NCBI GenBank assembly: GCA_002269645.1
Contig: NIVC01001607.1
Coordinates: 62,001 to 126,000, forward strand
Length of the DNA: 64,000 nucleotides
Reading direction: 5' to 3'
Origin: Macrostomum lignano
Taxonomy: Eukaryota
Below, in pieces: positions 50,091 through 64,000 of the stretch; the first letter of the stretch is position 1; each line of letters starts with the position of its first letter. The notes beneath the pieces were generated by a model that was given only the letters and a program-made list of their open reading frames with translations, was not told where the DNA came from and ran no database searches. The position numbers were made by a program, and so were the translations under genes.

Positions 50091-52062
50091 ATTCGCTTCA
50101 GACTTTGCTTAAAATTCTTGCCATGCGTGTCTTACTTACCTGTTTTGTTTCTATTAAAACAAAAAACGGAATTGTCTTCATTAAGTTTTAAAAAGTCATT
50201 GTGTAAAACGAAACTTTTCTTTTGCTTTAGAAATATTGTTTAAAATTATGCCTCAAGATAAGATCGCTCGCCAGCAAGGTTACTGTCTGCCCACTGTAAT
50301 CTCATTGCTTGTTATTCCAAAGTCGAAAATATAAAGCACATAATGCTAGAGAAAATTTATCTCGTGCAGCCTCATAGCAACCGGTGTTCCTCACCGCACC
50401 GCATAAGGAGCTCCACCGCACTTGCCAGCAAGCGACAGTGGACCGCACTGACGGAGAACTTGAGACGACTTAGAAGCAGCGGGTCTTAAGAGCCGCGGGA
50501 TTTCCTAGATTGATGCGGGTGGCTGGAGATTGTTTGCGATTGAAGTGCGCTGCCACAGCCTCAAACCCGGTTCGAAAGTGTGGGGGAGGGAGAGGGGATC
50601 AGCTCGGCTGGGAATAAAGCGCGAGAGGAAAACTGTCCCCAGCAGTTGGCCAAAAACTGCATCGAGCATCCATCCAAGAGGCATGCTGGCTGCCTGCAGG
50701 AGTCTTGACGCGCTTATCAGCGGCAATCCAGAGCTGCGCCTTCGCCAGCCAACGGAAGAGAGATTCTTGGCGCAGATTTTCTGCAGACTTTCAGCCACCC
50801 CTCCTTTCCCTCTCTCTGCTCTCCTTGCCCATCTCACCGTCACCTAGCGACAGCCGAGCTCTTTCTGAGGACAGAAACCCGCGAAAAAACTCTCTGCACG
50901 GAGCCCATGACCATTGCCGACCAAGCCAGTTAAAATAGCCGAACAATATCCTGACAGCATCTCATTACTGAAATATGCCAGATATCGCCCAGCATTCACC
51001 TTCCCCTATCTACCCAGACAGCCAAGAATAACAAACCAGCTAAATGGAGCAGTCGTGAAAAAATCCATGCAAAAATCGTTTCTATTGTGCTTTGATTTCA
51101 AGCAAAGCGGCTCGGATTTCGCCTCTTTTGGGAGTGGCCTGACGGAGCAACAGGGACTGGCTTCGGTGCCTCACCACTCCCGTATTTTTAGACACTTTTA
51201 TGCAAAATAGGAAGTCTTTTTTCGGGAATAGGAAGACAAAAAAAACCAGCAAAAAACTCTGGACGGATGCTCCCCTTGCCTTACATTGACGCGATGTGCC
51301 AGTTAAAAATAGCCGATGTTGAATCCTGACAGGCATCTCTGTAAACGCCTGCTGAGGATTTCTGCAATCTCAACTGGCATGAAGGCACGCGCTCACACAG
51401 GATGTACAATTTGCTCTGGCCTTCTCATGATTAGGCATGTACAACTCTGTGTCTGTCTGGGTGTTCCAAGGAGACAAATCTGCTTCTTTTAACATACGTC
51501 ATCTTAAACAGCTCTGAAATAAAAGTTTAAAACACAGAGCGTCGCCTGTCACAGATGCGACATTTATCCCTCCAGGTGGGACAGCCTGACTGATCCCCAT
51601 AGGCTTAAAGCCCGTCTGCTGTAAGCGGCTTACCTATAGCCCCAAAAACTGTCAATTCTCAGCTTCAAGTGCATCACCAGCTTAAACGTCTGCTGGCAAA
51701 TCCATTGTGCCCACAGTCCATCTCCATCCATATCCGAGAGGCTGTCGCGGCGCTTGCATTGAGCTGCCCTCCCCTCTCCTCTAAGGAAACTTTTCCTCAA
51801 TTCTTGGCCGCACCTGAAAAATGGCTGGCTAGGGGATCCGGGACACTTCAGCGCCTGCGCATTGTCTGCTGAGAAGAATTCTCAAATGAAATTGTGTAAA
51901 GCTGAGCATTTTAAAAAAACGAGACAAGCGAGAGAAACTGCGATGAACTGATCGCGGAGAGAAGGTGAAAATGGAGACTAGTGGAGAGGAGGAAGGAATA
52001 AGAAAACAGGACTGGCTTGAGAGCGGGCAATAGATGGGAGTGAGGGAGAGAGGTAGAGAGTG

Positions 52063-52647
52063 AGATTAAAGGAGGGAGAGTGAGGGAGGGGTGAGGAAGG
52101 AATGAGGGAGGAGAGTGAGAGTGAGAGGAAAAGTGGAGGGGGGAGGGAGCGGAGGGAGGGAGAGGGAGCGGAGGGAGGGAGAGGGAGCCGAGGGAGGGAC
52201 GGGAGCCGAAGGAGTGAGAAGGAGCTGAGGGAGGGAGAGGGAGCCGAAGGAGGGAGAGGGAGGGAGAGGGAGCCGAGGGAGGGAGAGGGAGCCGAGGGAG
52301 GGAGCGGGAGCGAAGGGAGGGAGAGGGAGCTGAGGGAGGGAGAGGGAGCCGAGGGAGGGAGCGGGAGCGAAGGGAGGGAGAGGGAGCTGAGGGAGGGAGA
52401 GGGAGCCGAGGGAGGGAGCGGGAGCGAAGGGAGGGAGAGGGAGCTGAGGGAGGGAGAGCTGAGGGAGGGAGAGGGAGCCGAGGGAGGGAGAGGGAGCCGA
52501 GGGAGGGAGCGGGAGCGAAGGGAGGGAGAGGGAGCTGAGGGAGGGAGAGGGAGCCGAGGGAGGGAGCGGGAGCCGAAGGAGTGAGAAGTAGCCGAGGGAG
52601 GGAGAAGGAGCTGAGGGAGGGAGAAGGAGCTGAGGGAGGGAGAGGGA
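52063..52647. repeat. Purine-rich (GGAGGGAGAGGGAGCCGA-like) degenerate repeat
   Basis: Directly visible. Confidence 0.9.
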
Positions 52648-54061
52648 CCAACTTGTCATCAATATTGTGAAGGGTTTCATAAACTGCAGGCAGTGCTGAG
52701 TCCAGCTGCAATATGTATTTTTATATTAATTTACGAGTATAGGCTACAATTGTGAAATTTGACAACAGTTACACATGTTTTCGAGCTGAACCAACGTCTC
52801 AACTTTTCACCCTTATATTTTGGGGCTCATCTGTTAAGACTCGCACCTTTGGTCACGAGGTGTTTGGGTAAAGGCTAGCGGGGACTGGAAGAGAAGGGAG
52901 ACGTATTCGCAGGAGGGCTGTTCGCACCCGGCCACAACACGTTCGGCGAAATCTTTTCACAATACGGGCTTCTTGAGTAGCTTATTGTCATATCTTTATG
53001 GCCGGAGACCGACACTAATCTGCTTCGGGCCTGACAGATGGACACCAGGACTGCGCAGCTGCGCCCCTCGATTTTGAATTATTCAATCGAATCAGAACAG
53101 CTGCTCCGTACACAGTGCGAACTTGTCTTCTTTCCACCCGAGCTCGTGATGGCATTTTCTGCTTTCTCTCTGTTTTCTGCATCTTTTTCCGTTCTCTGTC
53201 CTCGTTTCTCATAAACATAAATATTCGTAGGAGGGCTGCGGTCACATTGGCGCAACCGGCGCTGGCCGAAATTCTGCCCATTCCTCCTGAGTACACACAA
53301 GAGCGCTAATACTGTACGCAGTCACGCACTCATACACCGCTCACGCAGGGTGTACAGAGCCCCTGACTTTCCAATCGTCAGGCATTGTAAACTCTTTGTG
53401 TCTTGGTGGTTTGAGATTAGGAAAACTTATTGAAAAAGTTGATCCCCAACAAAAACTATTTCTACAATGCTAAAAAGCCAACGAATGAGAGAACCAGAGT
53501 TTTTCGAGGGGATTTTTTCGGATGGGGAGTTCGCAGTGCCGAAGAGGTGGGGATAAAGTTTTCCACAGTTTTCCACGCGCCTCACGGCCGTGGCATTGCT
53601 GGCCTGACAAACTTCCGGGCCCGGGCTGGGGGTGGCTGACGAGCAGTGTGGGGGCAGAGTTATTTCACTCAGTCAATCTCAACGCAGCCTGGGCAGAGCG
53701 ACTGCCAAGAGGAAATGGCACGGGAAGGCGGTGGAGAGACCCCCATCAGGGTGCCGGGCTGTGCTCGCCAGATAGTTAATTGCAGATATAAGCCCAAATA
53801 TCGCTTATATATATATCAATCGGTGCGACTGACAACTGCTAGAAAAATATGGGATGAAAGCTTTCGAATTGATTGAAGTTGGCAAGACAGCGGGGTCAAA
53901 ATGGAGTCAACTGTATCGTTACTCATTATAATAATTGGCTTTTTATGGCTCGATTTTTCATAAAGCAATATCAGTTCAGTGACACCCAAGTTCTGGTGCT
54001 AAATAGAGAGAAATACTATCGCCAAAAGTTAGTATATGGAAGAAAGAGAATGAGAAGAGAG

Positions 54062-54277
54062 TAGGGAGAGGGTTGGACGGGTAGCGAGTAAGGGGAAGGG
54101 AGAAGGGGAGAGGAGTAGAAAGAAAGGAAGGGAGAGAGAAAGGGGAAGGGAGAGGGGAGAGGGGTAGAGAGAAAGGGGAAGAGAGAGGGCAGAGAGAAAG
54201 GGAAGGGAGAGGGGAGAGGGGCAGAGAGAAAGGGGAAGGGAGAGGGAAGAGGGTAGCGAGAAAGGGGAAGGGGAGAG
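54062..54277. repeat. Purine-rich low-complexity tract
   Basis: Directly visible. Confidence 0.85.
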
Positions 54278-55795
54278 CTGAAAAGGAATTAAAAGTGGAG
54301 CAGCGTGAAGTGTCTACGGCAGCAGAGAGGGCGGGAGAGTCGGAAAAGCCAGTTGCGTATCAAAAAGCCAGGCAGGCATCGGAAGTTCACGCACGAGCGC
54401 AGACTTCCACATGAGAGTTGGTACAGAATTATGCGGCATGAAATCCATCTGAGCTCACTCCCCTTGAGCACTGACATTCCGTTTGAGACATGCGATCCAG
54501 TTCGCGTGTCAGTGGAGCGAGGCTAACTAACCAGAGTGAACGCGAGACAAAGGCCGCGGCCGCCGCCAGTTACACGGGAAAAATGTCGGGGCGCTAGAAC
54601 ACCGCAACAGACGCAGAATGGTTTCAGTTTCGGCTTTTTGAGGGCAAGCTTCTACTTACTTTGCCCTGTCAATTATTCGCTTGAGTTGGTTGGCTTGAGA
54701 CGGAAGACATTCTGAAGGCCTTAGACATCTCTGCCACATTGGTTAGTCACATAGTGTAGCCGCAAGGCTAGTTGCAAGTGGACAAAAGGTAAGTATTGTA
54801 ATTATGCTCAATTCACATACATGCTTCAAGACATGGTGCAAGAACACACACAGGTGTTACAGCAAGTGCGCAGGCACACGCTATCACAGGGTGTACAGTG
54901 CCCTGACTTTCTCCTAGTCAGGCATGAGCACGCTCTGTGCAATGTGACGGCACACGTAATCGAGCTCAAGTACTTTGGAGCGATAGTTCACCACTCACCA
55001 CTCAGCCACCTCGCTAATTATTGCTTTGCTGGGTTGCTCTGAGGATTCATGTAGAACAGATAGGGGGAATAAAGAACCCTGAAGACGTTTCAGGACAAAA
55101 ATGCTTGACAAGCAATACTGACTGGCGCGAGAGGGCAGGGCTGAATCCGGCTGGATTCCATACAAATTACTTCAGCATCTGGCCAATTAAAAAGAATAAA
55201 ATGCAGAAGAATGCTCTGAGAACCCGGTCGCAGGAAGCACACCTGTGAGCCGATTGAGGGGTGGCTGTGGGATGCTCTCTTTCAGACGACGAGAAAAAAA
55301 TCCCAGGGGAAAAGAGGTGGAAGAAGAAAAGACGGATGAATGGCCGGGGCGAAAAATGTCAGGGCGAGAAGACAAACAACAGCCGCCCCTCCCCTGCCAT
55401 GGTAGATGGGGAGAGAATTGAGACAAAAGCTCTCCACGCGGAAGTTGTCACGGCGCAGCTGTCGGTCACGCGAGCTTCCATCACCGCCTCAGCGACCTTG
55501 TCGTACCCATAGAATCTGGAAACTGTGGCTCAGTTGCTTTTTCCCCTTTATTTTAGCTTTTTCTGTTAGCTCGATTGACACGGCTCGATTAGACACGCTT
55601 CAGGTCAGGACCAGGGGTTCGATTTGAGGATTGCGCAATTTTCTTCCATGAGCACCAATCCGCGAGGCACAGAGAGAGTACATGCCTAATGATGAGAAAG
55701 CCGCTGTGCACTCTGAGTGAGTGAGTGCGTGGTGTACGTACCCGTGAGCACGTCTGTGCTCAGGGTCAGATGCTAATAATTACAATACAATGTTT

Positions 55796-56090
55796 GATTA
55801 CACCTGCCCCAATTGTGCCAAATGTGCAACCGACTGCTCAGCGGCAGCTATTGCGCGGCGCATCTGAAGGCTGCGTACGGCTGTTCAGTCCAAGGACTGG
55901 GGGGGGGAGGTCGCCACACACATTCTCAATTGCCCCAGCTAATGCTGGCACCCATTTTACAGCTGGGTGAACTGAAGCAATGCAGAGTGAAGTGTCTTGC
56001 TCAAGGACACAAATTGTTGCGAGTGGGTCGAGAATCGAACCCCCGACCTTTCAGTCGAAAGACCGATGCTCTAAGCACTAGGCTACAACC
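55796..56090 (-). mobile_element. tRNA-derived CORE-type SINE, copy 2
   Basis: Minus strand reads GGTTGTAGCCTAGTGCTTAGAGC…GGTTCGATTC (A/B boxes), then GTGTCCTTGAGCAAGACACTTCAC…CAGTTCACCCAGCTGTAAAATGGG. Long identical stretches are shared with copy 1. Confidence 0.85.
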
Positions 56091-57220
56091 CCTTTGGTCA
56101 GAGGTCAGAGCAATGAGCATTCATGTGACTGCTCGGAGTGCTCGCCCTCCTCGCTAGCGGCGGGGCGACTGTCGTTTTGATTTCTAGAAGCGCTCAAGGC
56201 CTACTGCAACTAAATGAGATCCCTGAAATTTGCGAGAGGAATTTGAGAGGAAAACATTCCGACTGTACTTTTAATTTGGTAATCAGATGTTTTTAATACA
56301 AAATTCTAGACAGAAAACAGTCTTTATTTTGCTATCTTTCCTCCGCACTCAAAGCGATATCTCTTTCGAGTGAAATTTAGAGTTTCCCAGGACCGGCGAA
56401 GCACTTGAAAAGCTCCGGCCGGGAGACAAAAAAAACAGCAGGGACCTCTTTCATCATCAAAGTGGGGAAGAGCCGGTCGATGGAGACCTTGGATCCCCTT
56501 GCCAACAGAATCTGATCCCCGATCCCAGAGCCCATCATGACTGTTTTGAGACGGATATTTGAGCCGAAGCGGGGCTGATTTTTAAAGAAGCAAGTCGATC
56601 TCAGCAGACCTTGTGGCAGGTGAAGGAGCGCAGATTAATGGAAGTTGAAGAGCTGTGGGATTGTAAATTCCTTCGGGACTTGAGGCACCTTTCCACGGGA
56701 GAGAATGCACTTCACTGCGCAGCAACCCCCACCGTTTCGCCCTCTGCTCCTGGGTTGCAAAATTTTTTTAAACACTCCAAGAGCAACTTTCTTCTCTCAG
56801 ACCCAGATCTCCGAGGAAGGTGCCATCTCAATGCTCTTCGCACGTACCTCATGCCTATGAATGTAGTGCAGATACACGCAAGCCAGAAGCATAGCTCGTA
56901 TACGCTCGTATGCGATTATATATTTCCACAAGTCTAAATCCTCTTCACCTTACCATCGCTTCTTAGCATCGTGCGTTGCGTTGCGTCTTCCTTACTCTTC
57001 CCTCTCTCTTTCTCTCCCTCATCCACCTTGCCCCGCCGTCCAAATCCCAGCCTCTCACCCGCCGCATCATCCGCACTACTCAGGCGTGGAACTGAAAGCT
57101 ATCTGCCCCACCCCTCAGCAATCCGGCATACCACTTACCCTCAACTGAGTGAGGGAAGGGGCAGAGGTGCCTTACCCGGGCTATGGCAGGAATAAAAAAT
57201 ATTTGTAACCACGGAGGAGA

Positions 57221-58328
57221 CTCACTCTGGGGTGGGAGGGGTCAGCTCAGTCTGGGGTGGGAGGGGGTCAGCTCACTCTGGGGTGGGAGGCGGTCAGCTC
57301 ACTCTGGGGTGGGAGGGGGTCAGCTCACTCTGGGGTAGAAGGGGTTCAGCTCAGTCTGGGGTAGAAGGGGTTCAGCTCAGTCTGGGGTGGGAGGGGTTCA
57401 GTTCACTCTGGGGTGGGAGGGGGTCAGCTCACTCTGGGGTAGAATGGGTTCAGCTCACTCTGGGGTGGGAGGGGTTCAGTTCACTCTGGGGTGGGAGGGG
57501 GTCAGCTCACTCTGGGGTAGAATGGGTTCAGCTCACTCTGGGGTGGGAGGGATTCAGTTCACTCTGGGGTGGGAGGGGGTCAGCTCACTTTGGGGTGGGA
57601 GGGGTTCAGCTCACTCTGGGGTAGAAGGGGTTCAGCTCAGTCTGGGGTGGGAGGGGGTCAGCTCACTCTGGGGTAGAAGGGGTTCAGCTCAGTCTGGGGT
57701 GGGAGGGGGTCAGCTCACTCTGGGGTAGAAGGGGTTCAGCTCAGTCTGGGGTGGGAGGGGGTCAGCTCACTCTGGGGTAGAAGGGGTTCAGCTCACTCTG
57801 GGTAGAAAGGGGTCAGCTCACTCTGGGGTGGGAGGGATTCAGTTCACTCTGGGGTGTGAGGGGGTCAGCTCACTCTGGGTAGAAAGGGGTCAGCTCACTC
57901 TGGGGTGGGAGGGATTCAGTTCACTCTGGGGTGTGAGGGGGTCAGCTCACTCTGGGTGGGAGGGGTCAGCTCACTCTGGGGTAGAAAGGGGTCAGCTCAC
58001 TCTGGGTAGAAAGGGGTCAGCTCACTCTGGGGTGGGAGGGATTCAGTTCACTCTGGGGTGTGAGGGGGTCAGCTCACTCTGGGGTGGGAGGGGGTCAGCT
58101 CACTCTGGGGTGGGAGGGGTTCAGCTCACTCTGGGGTAGAAAGGGGTCAGCTCACTCTGGGTAGAAAGGGGTCAGCTCACTCTGGGGTGGGAGGGGTCAG
58201 CTCACTCTGGGGTGGGAGGGGTCAGCTCACTCTGGGGTGGGAGGGGTCAGCTCAGTCTGGGGTGGGAGGGGTCAGCTCACTCTGGGGTGGGAGGGGTCAG
58301 CTCACTCTGGGGTGGGAGGGGTCAGCTC
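57221..58328. repeat. G-rich minisatellite, 24-26-bp unit, ~43 copies
   Basis: Unit gtcagctcactctggggtgggaggg(g). Confidence 0.96.
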
Positions 58329-59656
58329 CGGTCTTGAGGGTCTTAGTGTTATTATTTAAGCTTCTCCGCTCTGTAATTCCTACCTCGAAATTTCTCTGTT
58401 CCACCGCAGTGTCCCCAATCTCAACCCTCTCTCTGATTACCCATCTACTTGATGTAGAATAATTATTTAGTTATCAGTGTGCAATTTCAATTCTAGTATA
58501 TACAGTAAATCGCTGCCTGAAAACAGGCATGCACTCTGATTTTAATTGAGGGCAACTCGCTCGAACCCGCACCCTGCTTACTGTTGAGGGGCCAGCTAAA
58601 GAAAATTTTGTCGAACCGTTTTTGCAGAGATATTAGCCGACAAGATTTAATCAGACTTTACAACTCCCCCCCCGAAAGCCCGAAAGATATCAGCTTATAG
58701 GCTTATAGGTAACTGAACTTAATCAGGTGAACTGGAGCAGTCAGCCGCAGCATTTCTCAGTCTTTTAAGCACAAGTCTATAAGCGGTTCTGTCCGAGAAT
58801 GGCCGGGAACCGGGAACTTAGGTCCTGCACTGCCCCCAGCCAGTTCCGCTATTATTATTCGGCCAAGCTCGAGTTCACTTGAAATTCTCTTAGATGGAAG
58901 CCGAGTACACTGCTCTGGTTTCTCCTTCCCCGAGCGACTCGGAAGTCAATGAGGGAGTGCTCCCGTTGAATGGGACCCTCACGTCCCAGAGTGAACCGTC
59001 AAGGTGAGTCCAACCCCCACCTGTCCTTACCGATCAAATTCCTCAACAAATATGTTTCTCCAACCCAGCCTGGTAACAAAATTCTAATGGATGCTGCAGC
59101 CATTGCGATCAGGTTTCGGCCGGCTTGCACTGGCAATCGATTCGATATGATCGAACTTCCAGCATCAGGCCAGCGGCCGGGAATCTCATAAATAGATGCA
59201 AACCGAACAGAAATAAGGGGGGGGCACAGACATATGCCGAATTCGAAAAGAACTTCTACTAATTATTCGGCAAAGCTTTGACTTTCTCCCGCACTCACCC
59301 TGCCGCATATTTCTGGCTTTGATTTCAGCCGCCTGCTGGTTAGAGTCCTGAGCGGAGAAATGGGGAGGAGAGGAGAAGGTGGGGCTCTCGGCCTGCTAGT
59401 CAACTTCGGTATCAACTCTGCCGAGTGCTCAGCTTGGCTGCAAATTCTATTACTGCTCGGCCAGCCCGGCCACCCAGCGGCCGGCGGCTTGAGCAGCAGG
59501 GCCGCCCTTGCCTGTTTGTCTCTGGGAGTCCGCGGGAGCTCCTGGGACTTCGTCTACCCTGCGGCTGGCTCTGGCTGAGCCTATCTGCTCATTCCCGGTG
59601 CGTTTCTTTGCTGTGCTAATTTCTGCGTCTCGGAGTACCCTGCGCAGTGTACTGTG

Positions 59657-60296
<640 letters not shown>

Positions 60297-60671
60297 AAAT
60301 CTAATGGAAAAAGACCTTCTGGGCCCTCGGGCTGTGCGGTGGTCGATGTCACGGTAATACGGGCTCTCATCCATTCAATACATTCGCGCAAAATTAATTA
60401 GAGATTTTCGAAATCCTTTTCTGTCTGTTTTATACTATTTCAGGCTGCTTTCATGCTGTCTGTAAGGACGCAGGTGATGGTGAACTTGAAGGCTCCAATC
60501 CGATGTAGCTTGAGTGTCAACTCCGAGAAATGAGCTGAAAAGCATTGGTGTCATCTGTGTTTGAAATTTTTGAGTAGTATATATACTGGGTACTAATAAG
60601 ATTTCGATAAAAATCACAGTAAGGTATCGCTGCCAGGAAGAGAGGGGAATCAGAGGGCGGGCGATAAGGGT

Positions 60672-61163
60672 GGGGAATGAGATTGAAGGGAATGAGAGGG
60701 AGGGGAATGAGAGGGAGGGGAATGAGAGGAAGGGGAATGAGAGGAAGGGGAATGAGATTGAGGGGAATGAGAGGAAGGGGAATGAGAGGGAGGGGAATGA
60801 GAGGAAGGGGAATGAGAGGGAGGGGAATGAGATTGAGGGGAATGAGAGGAAGGGGAATGAGAGGGAGGGGAATGAGAGGGAGGGGAATGGGAGGGAGGGG
60901 AATGAGAGGGAGGGGAATGGGAGGGAGGGGAATGAGAGGAAGGGGAATGAGAGGGAGGGGAATGAGAGGGAGGGGAATGAGAGGGAGGGGAATGGGAGGG
61001 AGGGGAATGAGAGGAAGGGGAATGAGAGGGAGGGGAATGAGAAGGAAGGGGAATGAGAGGAAGGGGAATGAGAGGAAGGGGAATGAGAGGAAGGGGAATG
61101 AGAGGAAGGGGAATGAGAGGAAGGGGAATGAGAGGGAGGGGAATGAGAAGGAGGGGAATGAGA
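60672..61163. repeat. G-rich minisatellite, 15-bp unit, ~32 copies
   Basis: Unit ggggaatgagaggga. Confidence 0.96.
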
Positions 61164-61989
61164 CCTGGAGGAGGTTACTAAGGGATATCCCACGATAACT
61201 CTCGAAGGTTAAATGCAAAGTATTTCTGTTATATTTGCAAAAGTCAATTAGCGCAATTGAAACATGATTGACATGGCAGTTAAAGCAGTCTGTAAACCAA
61301 AACGGAAGTTTATGCTTCACAATCTTTAAACAACTCGGGAGTGGCTGCTGTTTTCATTACTGACGAGTCTAGTTACAGAGGCAAGAAAATCAAATTCAGA
61401 AAAAAAGCGAATATGAAAATCCTATTACCAGGAAACCTGCTCTCCATGTTAGGAGTTGGTTAATTAAATGAATTTGAAAACAGAACAGCGAAAAATTGGT
61501 TGCGGTCACCCACCTGAGACAGTCGCTGAAGTCCTCTGTAGCGGTGTACTTGCTTCACCGTCCCCATCGAATCCCGAATCCCTGCAGTCGGGGGAGTCGA
61601 GCCGTTTTTGTCCCTCCAGGTTGCCAGGGCGCCCGGCTTTGGGCTGTATTGGCCGGTCCCCGGGGTGCCCGCTGGGCCAATGAGGGGCCGCAGCTGCAGG
61701 ATGGGGGGGAATTGAGGAAGAGCTTCTACGATTGGAAGTACTTAGAAACACCTTATATCCCTGCATCTGTTCAATTAATTTTGATGAAAAATTACACAAA
61801 CATGGGCCTATACGTAATGAATTTAGTGCTACGGTTGACAGAACAAAAGCAATTTATAACTTATTGTAACTTTCTATCAAAATTTTTCATCATAAGAAAT
61901 TTTTAGACACACGAAGGTATTATCTGACACTAAAATGCCGTGACTTATCCTCATGCTGGTGTCTAAGAACATTTTGCACTAAGACATGT

Positions 61990-62750
61990 GCTTAGTAATA
62001 TTTGGTCCTCAATAATCTTATAGCTCGTACTCAATGTATAGTGACAACTTACCATTGTCATATATGACTTCCTCTGTTTTTTTGCTAAACAAACCGAGCA
62101 GAGATCAACGGTGTCGAACTTCTTAGCATTTTTTCGTTCGGCGAAAGGGAACTCTACATTTGGAATCGGATATGCGTCTGATTTAATCTGCGCATTAAGG
62201 TGAGCACTGTAGTCGGAGCAAATCCGTAGTGACCCGTCTTTCTTTTTAATCCAAACAACAAGTGAGGCTTTACTCACCGGACTGACAACGAGTTCGATTA
62301 CTCCCAAGGCTTGCAACCGACCCAGCTCAGCGTTCACGGCGGCTTTCAGTGCTATGGGCACAGGGCACGCACGAAAAAACTTGGGAGTAGAGTCACAGCC
62401 CTGTAAGTAGATAGAGGGTCCGGCAGTTAGGTTGGTGTTGGCCGTAACACTGAAAACTCGGTCGGCGTCTATGAGATTGCGACCCAGCTGTCCAAAAGCG
62501 CTTGTCCAAAAGTATGTTATCAATACAATCAACGAGAACAAAAGCGCCGAGGAGTGCAATGAGGTATCTTTACTTGGATTCCAAATCTCAGCTGCGGGTA
62601 TCTGATCCGACGCCAGGCTTGTGGAAAAGATCACACGCATTGCTGCGTTGAAGAACATGAAGCAACTCGAACATTTCCTTGGTTTTGTAAACTTTCTTTT
62701 GCCGATCGGTGCCCAGGCTGCTACATGAGCTTCGTCGGTAGGATGCACCA
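61990..62750 (-). mobile_element. Gypsy/Ty3 LTR-retrotransposon pol remnant: linker and N-terminal reverse transcriptase
   Basis: Reads PKFFRACPVPIALKAAVNAELGRLQALGVIE…VVWIKKKDGSLRICSDY…KSDAYPIP…AKKFDTVDL; truncated before the YxDD motif. Confidence 0.85.
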
Positions 62751-62789
62751 TTCACGTGGCTTGCAGTCTATAACGATACGTTCTTACTT

Positions 62790-63460
62790 CTCAATGAGGG
62801 AAATCTCATCATTTCCAGTCGTGCAGCCGTACTCGTTGGAGAAGGCAACTGACACACACCGCCGATGCTTCTCAAGGGGGGCTTGCTGCTGTTGTGACTC
62901 AAGAAGGCCATCCCGTTATCTTTATCTCCCGCTGCTTATCCAGTGCAGAAAAAAATTACTCCAACATTGAGCGAAAGGCGTTTGCCATATTCAGGCAGCC
63001 CATCGTCTCAAGCACTATCTCATTAGTAGAGAGTTCCACTGATGACCAGCCATTGATACGCCTAGTTGACCAATCTTGCGGCCTCCCGACAAATACATCA
63101 TCTCAAATCTCTCGATGGGCGCTAAGCCTGATGCATTTCGACTACGACATTCAGTATGCTGGAGTTACATTTCTCATGCTGATTCTCCATCGCGCCTTCG
63201 ATTCACGGGTCCGTCCGCGGATTCAGGAAGCGTAGCGAGTGCTATCACAGTGTAAAATTTAAATGGCCAGTAATCCCGCAACATCTCATCCCTGCTGAGA
63301 CCAATTCGTTCAGCGCATCATGGAAATGGTTCAGTCTGGTAACTGGGAGTCGTGCTCTTCAGGCCGAGCAGCCTTCGCAAAGATCTCTTACAAGTTCACC
63401 ATCGAAAATGGTCTTCTTTACAACCAACGTTGCGTCTGTATTCCAATCCACTCCAATCCA
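62790..63460 (+). mobile_element. Gypsy/Ty3 pol remnant: RNase H and integrase-proximal region
   Basis: Reads PYSLEK…DASQGGLAAVVTQEGHPVIFISRCLSSAEKNYSNIERKAFAI…TDDQPL…RWALSLMHFDYDIQY, then VQSGNW…FTIENGLLYNQRCVCIP; frameshifted. Confidence 0.85.
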
Positions 63461-63694
63461 CTAAAAGCCGATTCCAACCCACTCTGGGTACAGTACATGG
63501 TTACCTACAACTACATGGCTGGGTGACCGTGAACGTGAGAACGTGACCCTGCTGTGGAAAAGAAATATGCAGACAGTAATGCTGAGCTAGGGGAGGAAAG
63601 GTACAGGAGAGAGGCTGCACTGTTTAAGACTGAGGCTTACAGATTGAAGTTTACAGTTTGAGGCTTACAGTTCCCCTCCCAACTCAAAGTGAGC

Positions 63695-64000
63695 TGACCC
63701 CCGGGGCCTCTGGTGGATTTACACTGCCATTGTTAGACCGGCCATCTCCTTCGCCAGCTTCATTCGGAACAGTGCCCTTGAGGTGCAAGGGGTTCTTGAG
63801 GTTCTAAATAGGGTGCAAGGTCGCGCTTGTTGAGCTATCGTAAGCGCGGCTTCCTCCAAGCCTTTCGCTGGCATGAACTCCTTGGAAATTTCCCCCTTGC
63901 CCTCTTTGTTAGAGGGGAGGCAATGAAAACCACCCGCCGTCTGCTTGACGCGGGTGTCCCAATCCAGAAGCAGTTCGCCTTCAGAAAGCGGAACCTCCGG
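63695..64000 (+). mobile_element. Non-LTR retrotransposon (LOA/R1/I-like) post-RT fragment, running off the window
   Basis: Reads WIYTAIVRPAISFASFI…LNRVQGRAC*AIVSA…LEISPLPSLL, resembling the WIYTAIVRP…YAxxVW…LQRLACLxITGA thumb region. Confidence 0.6.

Overview
This is eukaryotic (metazoan) genomic DNA, not prokaryotic. GT-AG introns can be resolved by hand, and no rRNA, true tRNA or CRISPR array was seen. Gene content and repeat landscape suggest a flatworm, plausibly Macrostomum-like (inference only). Five host genes are supported. (1) The 3' part of a membrane-anchored mucin-like protein (+, open at the window edge). (2) A 2-exon myosuppressin/FMRFamide-receptor-like (Srw/dmsr-type) GPCR (-). 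(3) A complete 4-exon DEG/ENaC channel (-, 567 aa) with non-canonical pore motifs. (4) A 2-exon innexin (-, 454 aa). (5) A divergently oriented single-exon innexin (+) broken by two single-base deletions in C-runs. Between and inside these genes are dead transposons: a mariner, a Tc1, a long-TIR Tc1/mariner-type element, hAT-like non-autonomous elements, a Harbinger remnant, RTE- and LOA-type LINE fragments, two CORE-type tRNA-SINEs and a rearranged Gypsy pol. About 21 non-coding micro/minisatellite arrays cover roughly 12.8 kb (~20% by my coordinate sum). Most ORFs in the supplied track are repeat or antisense artefacts, and several start at TTG/GTG. I cannot support a clearly new biological system. 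The best leads are minisatellites born inside transposon ends, the sequon-array mucin, the unusual ENaC pore, the innexin pair and a small dispersed hairpin family.
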